From assembly GCA_030609965.1 (NCBI GenBank), contig JAUWSQ010000003.1:3861-67860 (forward strand): a stretch of 64,000 nucleotides of DNA. Reading direction: 5' to 3'. A program made the position numbers and the translations under genes. Positions 18,896-29,376 of the stretch are shown here, piece after piece; positions within the stretch are counted from its first letter, which is position 1, and every line of letters begins with the position of its first letter. The DNA comes from Candidatus Fermentibacterota bacterium (GTDB taxonomy: Bacteria > Fermentibacterota > Fermentibacteria > Fermentibacterales > JCC-6). The notes below the pieces were generated by a model. The model saw nothing but the letters and a program-made list of their open reading frames with translations. It did not search any database and was not told the origin of the DNA.

Positions 18896-19633
18896 TCAGG
18901 GTTTTCTTAACGCGTAGATGATGAAGTTCGGCACACGCAGTTCATCATCGAGCTCTGGATACAATTTCAATTTCTCCCTGGTTATTGTCGGCTCAGTTAT
19001 TGCATCGATCCGGAAACCTGCCTGGATAAAACCGGTTGTGTATGTCGACAAAGACCGATGAAAATTTGTGAACTCGACTCCCATCATTTTCCAGCATCGC
19101 TCGCCTTCGTCGAAGTAGCGATCCAGTATAACGTGCTGTTTTTCTCCATTATCTGTCCTATGCCATTGGCCTACAGCGGACCTCATCGGGTGCAGATTGG
19201 CTACAATGAAGCGTCCGCCGCTTCTTAGAACCCGAAATACTTCCCTGTTGTTAGCATCGAAATCCGGCAGGTCACACTGGTTTAGATAGGACACGATAAG
19301 GTCGAAAGTCCCATCTTCAATGAAACTGAGGTTCTGCACATCTGCAACTCGATAAGTATCGCTTCCGGATTGCAGTTCTTTTGCCGCTTCTATCATTGGT
19401 TCACACAGATCAAGACCAAACACGTACTCCGCGCCTTTATCGACAAGTATTCTGCAGAAACGGCCTTCACCGCACCCACAGTCCAGTATCTTCAGACCTT
19501 TTACATTTCCGCATGCTTCAAGCATGGGTTTATCGAGCAGGCCGTTGCGCGTCGGGTTCCTTCCCTCTTGTGCTTCCTTGATCCAGGGCTCTGACAGCTC
19601 AAGCCATTCTCGTTTAAGGTGATCTCTGTTCAT
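18896..19633 (-). CDS. Class I SAM-dependent methyltransferase.
   Basis: Motif I ILDCGCGEGR, motif post-I D, Methyltransf_11-like spacing. Confidence 0.75.
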   Translation of the reverse strand: MNRDHLKREWLELSEPWIKEAQEGRNPTRNGLLDKPMLEACGNVKGLKILDCGCGEGRFCRILVDKGAEYVFGLDLCEPMIEAAKELQSGSDTYRVADVQNLSFIEDGTFDLIVSYLNQCDLPDFDANNREVFRVLRSGGRFIVANLHPMRSAVGQWHRTDNGEKQHVILDRYFDEGERCWKMMGVEFTNFHRSLSTYTTGFIQAGFRIDAITEPTITREKLKLYPELDDELRVPNFIIYALRKP

Positions 19634-19964
19634 TGCGATGCAATCTCCTCACCAAATTCTATCGGATTGGACGATCCAGCGTATACATCCTGCAGCTTTG
19701 CTGCCAGTGTCATTTCTTTTGGGATAACACTAGTAATTCAGGTAATAATGTCAACGTTGATCGTAATCAAGGAGCTTGATAGAAGCAGTGAGAAGCGTAG
19801 ATGTGCAGAACTCCTATATCATCGAGATTAAATATTCCTGATTTACGAATAAGGAAATGCAGTAGAAGATGCAGCTCATGAACCCGGTACAGGAGAATCA
19901 TATACCGCATATAGCAGTGTAGTATTCATTGACGATATGATAATATCATCATATATTCATATCT

Positions 19965-20891
19965 ATGAAAAATCTATTTGATGCTCTGGCCAATTCAAAC
20001 AGGTTGAGAATGGTCCGCATACTGCTGCGGGGACCGCTTAACGTTAGTGAAATAACCAGTGTTCTCGGCCTGAGTCAATCCAATGTAAGCCATAGTCTTC
20101 GTAAGCTGCTGGATGCGGGAATTGTAATCCGGCAGGGCAGAGGAAGCTGGGCTTATTACAGCCTGAACAGAAATGATACCGTCATAGTGAAAATCCTCGC
20201 CAGTGTTTCCGCCGGTATGAAGGAGATCGAGAATTATAAGACCGACATGCCTGAACTCAGGCGGTGCTACGATAAGCGAAAATCAGAGGCAAAAGAGTTC
20301 TTTGACCGGAGAGCATCAAAGTTCGATGAGGTTTCATACCTGATGCCTGATCCGGAGGCTTACATTACGGATGTAATTAATATGTATCCAGCTGGAAGCA
20401 CGATTCTCGATGCCGGCTGCGGCCATGGAGAACTGGTTATGAGGCTTGCACGAAAAGGCATGACCGTCATCGGTGTTGATCAGTCCCAGGAGATGCTGGC
20501 GCAGGCAAAGAAACAGATTTCCTCTGACTGCGAGCTGTGTAACTTCGAGCTTCGTCTTGGCAGTGCCGAGCAGCTTCCCCTTGATGATTCTTCAGTTGAC
20601 GGGGTCATTGCCCATATGCTTCTTCATCACCTGAGTGAGCCTTCCATGTTTTTCAAAGAGGCTTCAAGGGTATGCAGGGATAATGGAAGGTGCAGTGTCA
20701 TAGAACTTACCCTGCATGAGAATCACGATCTTAAACGGAAGCAGGGGGATCTCTGGCCGGGTCTTGACCGGAATGAAGTCAGAGTCTGGATGTCTTTTGC
20801 AGGATTCAGTGGAGTAGAAGAGAGTGTTAGTGATGATGGAAGAGTATTTATTCTGTCAGGAATATTGGATGAAAGGAATTTTTATGGATGA
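19965..20891 (+). CDS. sahR: ArsR-family regulator fused to SAM-methyltransferase-like effector domain (SahR-type).
   Basis: N-terminal ArsR wHTH ([37 protein letters not shown]). C-terminal MTase fold ([11 protein letters not shown]). Stop overlaps the ahcY start (ATGGATGA). Confidence 0.7.
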   Translation: MKNLFDALANSNRLRMVRILLRGPLNVSEITSVLGLSQSNVSHSLRKLLDAGIVIRQGRGSWAYYSLNRNDTVIVKILASVSAGMKEIENYKTDMPELRRCYDKRKSEAKEFFDRRASKFDEVSYLMPDPEAYITDVINMYPAGSTILDAGCGHGELVMRLARKGMTVIGVDQSQEMLAQAKKQISSDCELCNFELRLGSAEQLPLDDSSVDGVIAHMLLHHLSEPSMFFKEASRVCRDNGRCSVIELTLHENHDLKRKQGDLWPGLDRNEVRVWMSFAGFSGVEESVSDDGRVFILSGILDERNFYG

Positions 20892-22293
20892 TTACAAGGT
20901 TGCTGATTTATCATTGGCAGATTTCGGCCGTCGCGAAATTGAAATAGCCGAAAAAGAAATGCCTGGGCTGATGGCTGTAAGGGAGAAGTACGGAAAGAGC
21001 AGACCTCTGGATGGATTGAGGGTAACAGGTTCACTTCATATGACAGTTCAGACTGCGGTACTGATTGAAACTCTTGTTGAGCTCGGGGCGGATGTAAGGT
21101 GGGCAAGCTGCAACATCTTCTCCACTCAGGATCATGCTGCTGCAGCCATTGCTGTAACTGGAGTTCCTGTTTTTGCCTGGAAGGGCGAGAACCTGAATGA
21201 GTACTGGTGGTGTACCAGGAAGGCTTTGAGCTTCCCGGGGGGAAAGGGACCCGACCTCATAGTTGATGACGGAGGTGATGCAACCCTTTTTGTTCACAGG
21301 GGATACCAGCTCGAGCGGGATCTAGTCGAAACCGGTAAACTGCCCGAGGTTGTGCAAGGGCCGGAGGATGAAATAGCTCTTGTTGAAAATCTTATTGAAG
21401 GGATCCGGGAGAATCCAAAGTACTGGACTTCCATTGTACCAGAGATCATTGGTGTTTCGGAAGAGACAACAACAGGCGTTCACAGGCTCTACAATATGAT
21501 GAAGGCAGGGGAACTGCTGTTTCCCGCATACAATGTTAACGACTCTGTCACCAAGAGCAAATTCGATAATCTCTACGGATGCCGAGAGTCTCTTGCGGAC
21601 GGTATCAAACGGGCAACGGATGTTATGGTCGCCGGAAAGACCATCCTCATCTGCGGGTACGGAGATGTAGGGAAAGGCTGTGCCCAGAGTATGAAAGGTT
21701 TCGGGGCAAGAGTCCTGGTTACCGAGATCGATCCTATCTGCGCACTGCAGGCAGCCATGGAGGGTTTTGAAGTTACTACTGTTGAGGATGCTTTACCTGA
21801 AGCTGCTATTTTCGTAACCGCAACCGGTAATTACAACGTGTTAACTGCAGATCATATGAGCAGGATGAAGGACCAGACTATAGTCTGCAATATTGGTCAT
21901 TTCGATAACGAGATCGAAGTTGCGGGTCTTGAGGCTTTCCCGGGTGTCGAAAAAGAGGAGATCAAGCCGCAGGTGCACAGATTTCGTTTTCCGGATGGTC
22001 ATTCCATCTTCCTTCTTGCTGAAGGAAGGCTTGTCAATCTTGGATGCGCAACAGGTCATCCAAGCTTCGTGATGTCCAGCTCGTTCACCAACCAGTGCCT
22101 GGCACAGATAGTTCTCGCCGATGAGAGACCTGGAATTGGTGTTTACATGCTTCCGAAGCTCCTTGATGAGGAAGTGGCAAGGCTGCATCTTGAGAAGCTG
22201 GGAGTTAAACTGACAAAGCTGACTCCGGAGCAGGCGGGCTATATCGGTGTTGAGTTGGAAGGCCCCTACAAACCCGAACATTACAGGTACTGA
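20885..22293 (+). CDS. ahcY: Adenosylhomocysteinase (S-adenosyl-L-homocysteine hydrolase).
   Basis: [30 protein letters not shown].., NAD-binding [11 protein letters not shown]-terminal YRY. The track ORF starts upstream in the sahR overlap. Confidence 0.9.
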
Positions 22294-22393
22294 TTTCTTT
22301 AAAAAACTGATGTGGCACAGGAGTGTATTGAGAGCATATATTCCCTGCCAATCTTGAGAGATTAAACGGCATATTTCAATGAAAGGTAAGACA

Positions 22394-22792
22394 ATGGCAG
22401 ACAAGATCAGAGTATTGCTTATTGACGATGATCCCGATTTCGTTGAAGCAAACAGCATTGTCCTTGAAGCCATAGGATTTGAGGTTCTGACGGCACTCAG
22501 CGGTGCCAGGGGACTTGAAATGGTCAAGGAGGAGAATCCGGATGTTGTTGTGCTGGACGTGATGATGGAGCATACTGATGAGGGATTCGCGGTTGCCAGG
22601 AGAATTCGCTCGAAATTGAAAAGCGATGTTCCGATTGTGATGCTTACATCTGTGGGGAAAGTCACCGGTTACGATTTTGATCCGGAAGCGAACCCGGATT
22701 TCTTCCCGGTGAACATATTTCTTGAAAAACCGGTTCCACCTGATGTGCTGGTTCAGAAGATCAAGGATCTACTTGCGAAAGGAGATCAGTAG
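22394..22792 (+). CDS. Single-domain response regulator (CheY-like receiver).
   Basis: RVLLIDDDPDF..VVLDVMM..K in EKPV. RBS AAAGGTAAG before the second ATG. First gene of the FDH operon. Confidence 0.75.
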   Translation: MADKIRVLLIDDDPDFVEANSIVLEAIGFEVLTALSGARGLEMVKEENPDVVVLDVMMEHTDEGFAVARRIRSKLKSDVPIVMLTSVGKVTGYDFDPEANPDFFPVNIFLEKPVPPDVLVQKIKDLLAKGDQ

Positions 22793-23253
22793 TGCCACGC
22801 AATCCCGAAGAGATTGTCACTGAGGGTATCATAGAGTTCGGCACCGGACGTGAGAGTCTGGTGCAGCTTCTCACCAAGGTCAACGAAGAGCTCAGCTGGA
22901 TTCCGACAATCGCAATCGAGGCTATAGCAAAGGCAACCAGGATCAGTGTTGCCGAGGTGTACAGTGTTGTCAGTTTCTACAGTTTTTTCAGTATCGAGCC
23001 ACGGGGCAGGAATATCGTTCGTCTCTGCAGCACCATCAGCTGTGCTATGACAGGACAGGGTGAAATTCTTGAGGCTTTGATGAACGAATTCGGTATCGAA
23101 CTATTTGAGACCACGGATGACGGCCGCCTTACCATTGAAACAACATCCTGTATTGGTCTTTGCGATCAGGCTCCCGCCATGCTGGTGAACGGTGAGCCTC
23201 ATGTAAAACTTACACCCGAAAAAGCGTGCGACATCGTACGCGGGCTGGAATAG
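22792..23253 (+). CDS. NuoE/HoxE-like [2Fe-2S] subunit of NAD-dependent formate dehydrogenase/diaphorase.
   Basis: Thioredoxin-like 2Fe-2S ferredoxin Cys pattern (CSTISC...CIGLCDQAP). GTG start overlaps the upstream stop. Confidence 0.75.
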   Translation: MPRNPEEIVTEGIIEFGTGRESLVQLLTKVNEELSWIPTIAIEAIAKATRISVAEVYSVVSFYSFFSIEPRGRNIVRLCSTISCAMTGQGEILEALMNEFGIELFETTDDGRLTIETTSCIGLCDQAPAMLVNGEPHVKLTPEKACDIVRGLE

Positions 23254-23262
23254 GAAGCGTCA

Positions 23263-24468
23263 ATGGAAAAGAAAGTGTTGCTTGCTGAAGACCAGCCCGA
23301 ATTCGGTGCAGGATTTGAACTGGCTCTAACGATGACACCCGCGGATGTTGTCTACATGGTTCGTGATTCCGGCATAAAGGGGCGCGGTGGTGCAGGATTC
23401 CCTACCGGAATCAAATGGAACCTTGCGGGTGCCGCATCGTCCGATGTGAAGTATGTGGTTTGCAATGCTGATGAGGGTGAACCTGGAACTTTCAAGGACA
23501 GGATCCTTCTGGAAAAGTATTCCGAAAGGCTTATTGAGGGAATGGCTATCGGCGGGTATGCCATCGGCAGTTCTCACGGAATCATATACCTCAGAGCTGA
23601 ATATCCCTACCTCATTCCGGCAATTGAAGAGGCCAGGAAGAACATGATTGGCAAGGGGCTGCTGGGTAAGAACATCCGTGGAAAAGGATTCGATTTCGAT
23701 GTTGAGATAAGAACCGGTTCGGGAGCGTACATCTGCGGAGAGGAAACTGCTCTGATCGAGAGCCTTGAAGGCAAGAGTGGTTTTCCCAGAAATAAACCGC
23801 CGTTCCCGGTGAACAGCGGTTATCTTAACAAACCGACCATCGTTAACAATGTTGAGACCTTCTGCGCTGTTCCACACATTATTCTTGGCGGACCCGAATG
23901 GTACGCTGATCTTGGCATCGGAGAGTGTTCCGGAACCAAGCTCTTCAGTATTTCCGGTGATGTTGAGAAGCCCGGAGTGTACGAGCTTCCTCTGGGAGCA
24001 CCTCTTAAAGATCTCCTTGAACTCGCGGGTGCTAAGGATATTCAGGCTGTTCAAGTTGGCGGTGCAAGCGGAAGGACGATCCCCGCAGCCGATACTTATC
24101 GTTCCCTTTCATTCGGCGATCTTCCTCCCGGAGGTTCCGTGATCGTATTCGACAGCACCGTAAACATGCTCGAGGTGCTGGAGAACTTCATGGAGTTCTT
24201 TGTCCACGAATCATGCGGACAGTGCGTTCCATGCCGCGAAGGAACTCTTCACCTCAGGAACGCTGTTGAAGATCTGATCGCAGGCGACATCTGCAATAAA
24301 GAAAGTCTCAACGATTACTTCAAACTTGCTGAGGTCATGAGGATCACAAGTAAATGCGGTCTCGGTCAGACAGCGGTCAACTGTTTCGTAGATATTATCA
24401 ACAACTTCGTAGACTTTACTGATGAACGTATCAGTGGAGAGTGCTGCTGCGAAAGAGGTGACCAATAA
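23263..24468 (+). CDS. NuoF/HoxF-like FMN- and NAD-binding subunit (formate dehydrogenase beta).
   Basis: GRGGAGFPTG (FMN), ESCGQCVPCREG (4Fe-4S). Confidence 0.85.
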   Translation: MEKKVLLAEDQPEFGAGFELALTMTPADVVYMVRDSGIKGRGGAGFPTGIKWNLAGAASSDVKYVVCNADEGEPGTFKDRILLEKYSERLIEGMAIGGYAIGSSHGIIYLRAEYPYLIPAIEEARKNMIGKGLLGKNIRGKGFDFDVEIRTGSGAYICGEETALIESLEGKSGFPRNKPPFPVNSGYLNKPTIVNNVETFCAVPHIILGGPEWYADLGIGECSGTKLFSISGDVEKPGVYELPLGAPLKDLLELAGAKDIQAVQVGGASGRTIPAADTYRSLSFGDLPPGGSVIVFDSTVNMLEVLENFMEFFVHESCGQCVPCREGTLHLRNAVEDLIAGDICNKESLNDYFKLAEVMRITSKCGLGQTAVNCFVDIINNFVDFTDERISGECCCERGDQ

Positions 24469-27155
24469 TGCATAACATTTCAATCAAAATTAACGATCAG
24501 GGCTACAGCATCCGTGAAGGTTCTACAATCCTTGAAGCCTGCACGGAAGCCGGTATAAAAATCCCCACTTTGTGTCATCATTCCAAGGTGAACATTTCGG
24601 GCAATTGCCGTATCTGTGTTGTTGAGGTAGAAGGCTGGAATACTCTCGCTATTGCCTGCGTAACACCGATAATACCCAATATGATCGTCAGAACTCACAG
24701 CCCCAGAGTGATCGAATCCAGGAAAATTGTAGCGAATCTTCTGCTTGCCGCGCATAATTGTGACTGCATGGTCTGTGATAGCGCCGGTGCTTGTGAGCTG
24801 CAGGATCTTGCGTACGACTTTGGAATAGACAATCGCTCGAGAATGTTCGACGATTTAGAATGCCTGGAAGAGATTGATGATTCGTCACCTGTACTTAAAT
24901 ACGATCCTTCGAAGTGCATCATGTGTACTCGATGCGTTAAAGCTTGCAGGGACATCCAGGGTAAGGGAATAATAGCCGTGCTGAACCGCGGAGCGGACAT
25001 GAGAGTCGGTACCGGCGTTAAACTGCTGGATATATCCGATTGTGATGGATGCGGTGAGTGCGTTCAGATCTGTCCTACCGGCGCTATTTCCGATAAGGTT
25101 TCAAACAGTGTCAGAAGCTGGGAAGTTGAGAAGATACGCACCAGCTGCTCCTACTGCGGAGTAGGGTGCCAGCTGGATATGTGGGTTCATGATAACAAAC
25201 TGGTAAAAGTCGAAGGCGCGGATATCATTCCCAACTACGGATCGACCTGCGTGAAAGGCCGCTACGGCCATACATTCATCGACAGTGATGATCGACTCAA
25301 GACACCTCTGATCAGGCGTAATGGAGCATTAGTCGAAGCCACCTGGGATGAGGCTATTTCGCATATTACGGAGAAAATCGGGAAGATCAGGGAAGAGAAC
25401 GGTCCTGACGTGATCGCAGGCCTTTCTTCCGCAAGGGTTACCAACGAGGAGAACTACCTGTTCCAGAAGATGATGCGCGCGGCTGTGGGAACCAACAATG
25501 TGGATCATTGCGCAAGATTGTGCCATGCTTCAACGGTTGCCGGCCTCGCGGCTGCTTTCGGATCCGGAGCCATGACAAACTCAATAGCTGAGCTTGAGCA
25601 TGCAAAGTGCATTCTGGTTACAGGTTCAAACACAACCGAGACTCATCCGGTGATCGCGACGATCATCAAACGTGCCGTCCGTGAACACGGTGCGAAACTC
25701 ATAGTGATAGATCCCAGAAGAATTGATCTGGTGGATCATGCCGCCCTCTGGCTGAGGCAGAAGAATGGTACCGATGTAGCATGGATGAACGGTATGATGA
25801 ATGTTATCATCAGCGAGAACCTTCAGGATGAAGCGTACATCAGCGAGCGAACGGAAGATTTCGAAGCAGTTAGAAAGACAGTAGAGAGTTTCACTCCCCA
25901 AATGGTGGAAGATATAACAACTATTCCTGCTGAGAAGATAAGGGAAGCTGCCAGGATCTTCGCGACCGCTGAGGTATCATCCATCGTTTATTCGATGGGT
26001 ATCACCCAGCACACAACGGGAACCGATAATGTTCTCTCCACTGCGAATCTCGCCATGCTTACCGGGAATGTAGGAAAACCCTCCAGCGGTGTTAATCCCC
26101 TTCGAGGTCAGAACAACGTTCAGGGAGCCTGCGATCTCGGAGCGCTTCCAAATGTTTATCCCGGATACCAGAAGGTTGCTGATCCAGCTTCACATGAGAA
26201 GTTCGAAAAAGCATGGGGCAGAAAGTTATCTAAAGACAACGGACTCACTGTTGTAGAGATCATCAACGGCCTGGAAAGCGGTAAAGTGAAGGGTCTTATC
26301 ATAATGGGTGAGAACCCCATGGTTTCCGATCCCAATCTCAACCATGTCGAGAAGGCTCTTGAAAGTGCAGAGTTCCTGGTTGTCTGCGATATCTTCCTGA
26401 CCGAAACTGCAGAGAAAGCCGACGTTGTTCTACCTGCCGCTTCCTTTGCCGAGAAAGAGGGAACTTTCACAAACACAGAGCGCCGGGTAATTCTTCTCAG
26501 GAAATTTCTCGATGCTCCAGGTGAGGCCAGACCCGACTGGAAGATAATCTGCGACCTGTCCACATCTTTCGGTTACCCCATGAGCTACGCGAATCCCGCT
26601 GAGATAATGGATGAGATCGCAAGCGTTACTCCCATATACGGCGGCATGCGTCACAGCAGAATCCAGGAGATAGGTCTTCAGTGGCCCTGTCCTGATGAGC
26701 AGCACCCGGGAACGATGTATCTGCATAAAGGTGAATTCAAGCGAGGCAAAGGAAAATTCCACCCCGTTGATTTCATTCCCCCGGCAGAACTTCCGGATGC
26801 AGAGTATCCTTTCATCCTATCCACCGGCAGGATACTCTTTCACTACCATACCGGAAGCATGTCCCGGCGGGCTCCAGCGCTTAATGAGTATGTGAGCGGT
26901 GGATACGCTGAAATACACCCGGCTGATGTTGACCGTCTCGGGCTTGCAGATGGCGGGCCTGTCAGTATCAGTACAAGAAGAGGTCAGATAGAAACGACTG
27001 TTAGATCAACAGAAATAGTAGCGATAGGATCTGTTTTTGTCCCGTTCCACTTTGCCGAAGCTGCTGCAAACAGGCTCACGAACGATGCTCTTGATCCCAA
27101 GGCAAAGATTCCTGAGTTGAAAGTTGCAGCATGTCAGGTAGCACAAGTTAAATGA
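24468..27155 (+). CDS. fdhA: Formate dehydrogenase catalytic (alpha) subunit, molybdopterin/bis-MGD, NuoG-like N-terminus, cysteine type (no selenocysteine).
   Basis: N-terminal 2Fe-2S/4Fe-4S Cys clusters. VDHCARLCHAST has Cys (TGC at about 25525) where Sec-type enzymes have TGA. Uninterrupted 895 aa. Confidence 0.85.
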   Translation: MHNISIKINDQGYSIREGSTILEACTEAGIKIPTLCHHSKVNISGNCRICVVEVEGWNTLAIACVTPIIPNMIVRTHSPRVIESRKIVANLLLAAHNCDCMVCDSAGACELQDLAYDFGIDNRSRMFDDLECLEEIDDSSPVLKYDPSKCIMCTRCVKACRDIQGKGIIAVLNRGADMRVGTGVKLLDISDCDGCGECVQICPTGAISDKVSNSVRSWEVEKIRTSCSYCGVGCQLDMWVHDNKLVKVEGADIIPNYGSTCVKGRYGHTFIDSDDRLKTPLIRRNGALVEATWDEAISHITEKIGKIREENGPDVIAGLSSARVTNEENYLFQKMMRAAVGTNNVDHCARLCHASTVAGLAAAFGSGAMTNSIAELEHAKCILVTGSNTTETHPVIATIIKRAVREHGAKLIVIDPRRIDLVDHAALWLRQKNGTDVAWMNGMMNVIISENLQDEAYISERTEDFEAVRKTVESFTPQMVEDITTIPAEKIREAARIFATAEVSSIVYSMGITQHTTGTDNVLSTANLAMLTGNVGKPSSGVNPLRGQNNVQGACDLGALPNVYPGYQKVADPASHEKFEKAWGRKLSKDNGLTVVEIINGLESGKVKGLIIMGENPMVSDPNLNHVEKALESAEFLVVCDIFLTETAEKADVVLPAASFAEKEGTFTNTERRVILLRKFLDAPGEARPDWKIICDLSTSFGYPMSYANPAEIMDEIASVTPIYGGMRHSRIQEIGLQWPCPDEQHPGTMYLHKGEFKRGKGKFHPVDFIPPAELPDAEYPFILSTGRILFHYHTGSMSRRAPALNEYVSGGYAEIHPADVDRLGLADGGPVSISTRRGQIETTVRSTEIVAIGSVFVPFHFAEAAANRLTNDALDPKAKIPELKVAACQVAQVK

Positions 27156-27994
27156 AACAAGGAGGTAATTCGATGGCCGTGAATTGCGATCCGCCAGCAG
27201 CTGTTGCAGAAGCGCTGGCGAACAATGTAGGTGTTAAGAAAGCACAGAACAGCTTCAAGAATCTGCTGATCCTGGGCATTTTCGCTGGTGTTTATATCGC
27301 TTTTGGAGCGCAGCTGGCAACAATAGTAGGGCATGACATCTCCCAGTACCTTGGAGTTGGAATCGCCAAACTTGTTATAGGTTCAGTTTTCAGCGTTGGC
27401 CTGATGCTTGTTGTCATTGCCGGTGCGGAACTTTTCACCGGCAATAACCTGATCATGATGTCCGTTCTTAACAAACAGACATCTCTCGGATCATTGCTTC
27501 GGAATTGGGGTATAGTCTTCTTCGCCAACCTGATTGGTTCACTGCTGATCGTCTGGCTTATTCACAGTTCTGGGCTTCTGAACGTAAATGACGGAGCTGT
27601 CGGAGCGAAGGCCGTTGCTATTGCAAATGGCAAAGTCAACCTGGGTTTTCTTGAGGCTTTCTCAAGAGCAATTCTCTGTAACTGGCTTGTTTGCCTTGCT
27701 GTATGGCTTGCCGTTGCGGCCAAAACAGTCATTGGTAAGATATTCGCATGTTTCTTCCCGATCATGGCTTTCGTAGCCAGCGGGTTTGAGCATAGTATCG
27801 CCAACATGTACTTCATTCCCATCGGAATACTTAATAAGGGCATGGCTGCTGTCGGGATGGACGTTTCCAACCTGAACCTCAACGGATTCCTTGTGACCAA
27901 CCTCATTCCAGTAACTCTGGGAAATATCGTAGGTGGAGCATTCTTCGTTTCAACCCTTTACTACTTCGTGTTCCTCAAGGGCAAGAAAGCGTAA
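27152..27994 (+). CDS. focA: Formate/nitrite transporter family protein (FocA-like).
   Basis: FNT family length and TM pattern (AGAELFTGNNL, NWLVCLAVW..). Confidence 0.8.
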   Translation: MKQGGNSMAVNCDPPAAVAEALANNVGVKKAQNSFKNLLILGIFAGVYIAFGAQLATIVGHDISQYLGVGIAKLVIGSVFSVGLMLVVIAGAELFTGNNLIMMSVLNKQTSLGSLLRNWGIVFFANLIGSLLIVWLIHSSGLLNVNDGAVGAKAVAIANGKVNLGFLEAFSRAILCNWLVCLAVWLAVAAKTVIGKIFACFFPIMAFVASGFEHSIANMYFIPIGILNKGMAAVGMDVSNLNLNGFLVTNLIPVTLGNIVGGAFFVSTLYYFVFLKGKKA

Positions 27995-28008
27995 AGGTAC
28001 TTACTGCA

Positions 28009-28040
28009 GGGAAGGGCTGTTGACAAAGCAGCCCTTCCCC
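28009..28040 (+). other. Perfect 11-bp stem hairpin (GGGAAGGGCTG-N9-CAGCCCTTCCC) between focA and fdhD.
   Basis: Read directly from the sequence. No U-tract; immediately followed by the fdhD RBS AGGAGA. Confidence 0.5.
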
Positions 28041-28054
28041 AGGAGAGCAGAATA

Positions 28055-28753
28055 ATGTCAATGACAGATAGAATGGTAATTACAACGATCAAAGCCGGCA
28101 AAACTGAGGAACGCGAGGACACTCTCGCTGCGCAGATGACATACACGCTGGAATTGAACGGGGTACACGCCATTACTTCCGTATGCTGTCCGGGAGATCT
28201 TCGGTCTCTTGCCTACGGATACCTGGCAACACAGGGTTACATAGTTCAGGGTGAGGAACCCTTATCGATGGAACAAATAGAATGTACTGTAAAAATTACA
28301 TTCAGTGGAACCCCGGTCATAAAGGAACTGGTGCCGGTGGCATCGGATTACAGGGTTACTCCGGAAATTATCCTCAAGCAGGTTGTGGAATTTGTCAAGT
28401 CAGGGGTGATCTTCAGAGAAACGGGCGCAACCCACTCTGCTTCAATCAGCAGAGAAGATGTCATTGAATGTCATGTGGAGGACATAAGCCGCTCGGCTGT
28501 GCTGGAAAAAATCATTGGATGCGCATTCATGAAGAATCTTGAGATCCAAAGCTCATTCATTATACTCTCCTCTCGTGTTCCGTCAGCTTTTGTCAGAAAG
28601 ATTGCAAGGGTTGGTATTCCGATAATCGCGGCTGTTTCTGCTCCTACAGTGCAGGCTGTCAACGAAGCGGATAAGCTGGGTATATGCCTTTGCGGTTTTG
28701 TCCGGGGGAATCGAATGAATGTATACGCCAACAAATGGCGCCTGGGCCTGTGA
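28055..28753 (+). CDS. fdhD: Formate dehydrogenase accessory sulfurtransferase FdhD.
   Basis: FdhD family similarity, including the conserved Cys region CCPGDLRSLAYGYL. Confidence 0.75.
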   Translation: MSMTDRMVITTIKAGKTEEREDTLAAQMTYTLELNGVHAITSVCCPGDLRSLAYGYLATQGYIVQGEEPLSMEQIECTVKITFSGTPVIKELVPVASDYRVTPEIILKQVVEFVKSGVIFRETGATHSASISREDVIECHVEDISRSAVLEKIIGCAFMKNLEIQSSFIILSSRVPSAFVRKIARVGIPIIAAVSAPTVQAVNEADKLGICLCGFVRGNRMNVYANKWRLGL

Positions 28754-29337
28754 TTTCCAAAGGAACTTCACTTCTTATCCTTGCGGGTGGTGCATCCAGC
28801 CGTATGGGCTGCCCCAAACATCTTCTGCCGGCTTCCGGCGGGACAATGGTTGACCATATCATAAACCGCCTGGGGAGTCTCTTCACTGAAATTATCATTG
28901 CTGGCCGGAGCCTGGATCTCAGCCGCAGCAACGTAAGGATAGTAGAGGACATAAGACCTGAGCAAAGCCCGCTGGTCGGGATATTATCTGGTATGAAGGT
29001 ATCGAGTACATCAAACGTATTCGTGCTGGGCTGTGATATGCCTTTCGTTAAACCCGGTCTGATACACCTTCTTACCTCCCGGAAAGAAGATACAAACGAT
29101 GTGGTGATCCCTGTCGTAAGAGGGTACTTAGAGCCCCTCTGCGCGATTTACAGCTGCAGTATTTCAGATAGAATAACACAGTACCTTGATTCCGGCGGCA
29201 GAAAAGTGACAGGTTTCTTTCAGACGGTAAGCGTAACGGAAGTCCGGGAATCCGAGATCAGGCTGTTCGACCCTCTTCTGAAATCTTTCACCAACCTCAA
29301 TACACCCAGCGACTATCGCAATTACTACCTATCATAG
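28737..29337 (+). CDS. mobA: Molybdenum cofactor guanylyltransferase MobA.
   Basis: LILAGGASSRMG..K N-terminal motif; LGCDMPF. Start chosen at the ATG overlapping the fdhD end. The track ORF begins at 28684. Confidence 0.75.
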
Positions 29338-29376
29338 TTTCCGAAAGTGTCCTCTTGAAAATAAATATCAGGAACG

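Noticed and set aside
23326-24054. 242-aa minus-strand ORF.
   Set aside because: Antisense to the NuoF-like gene.
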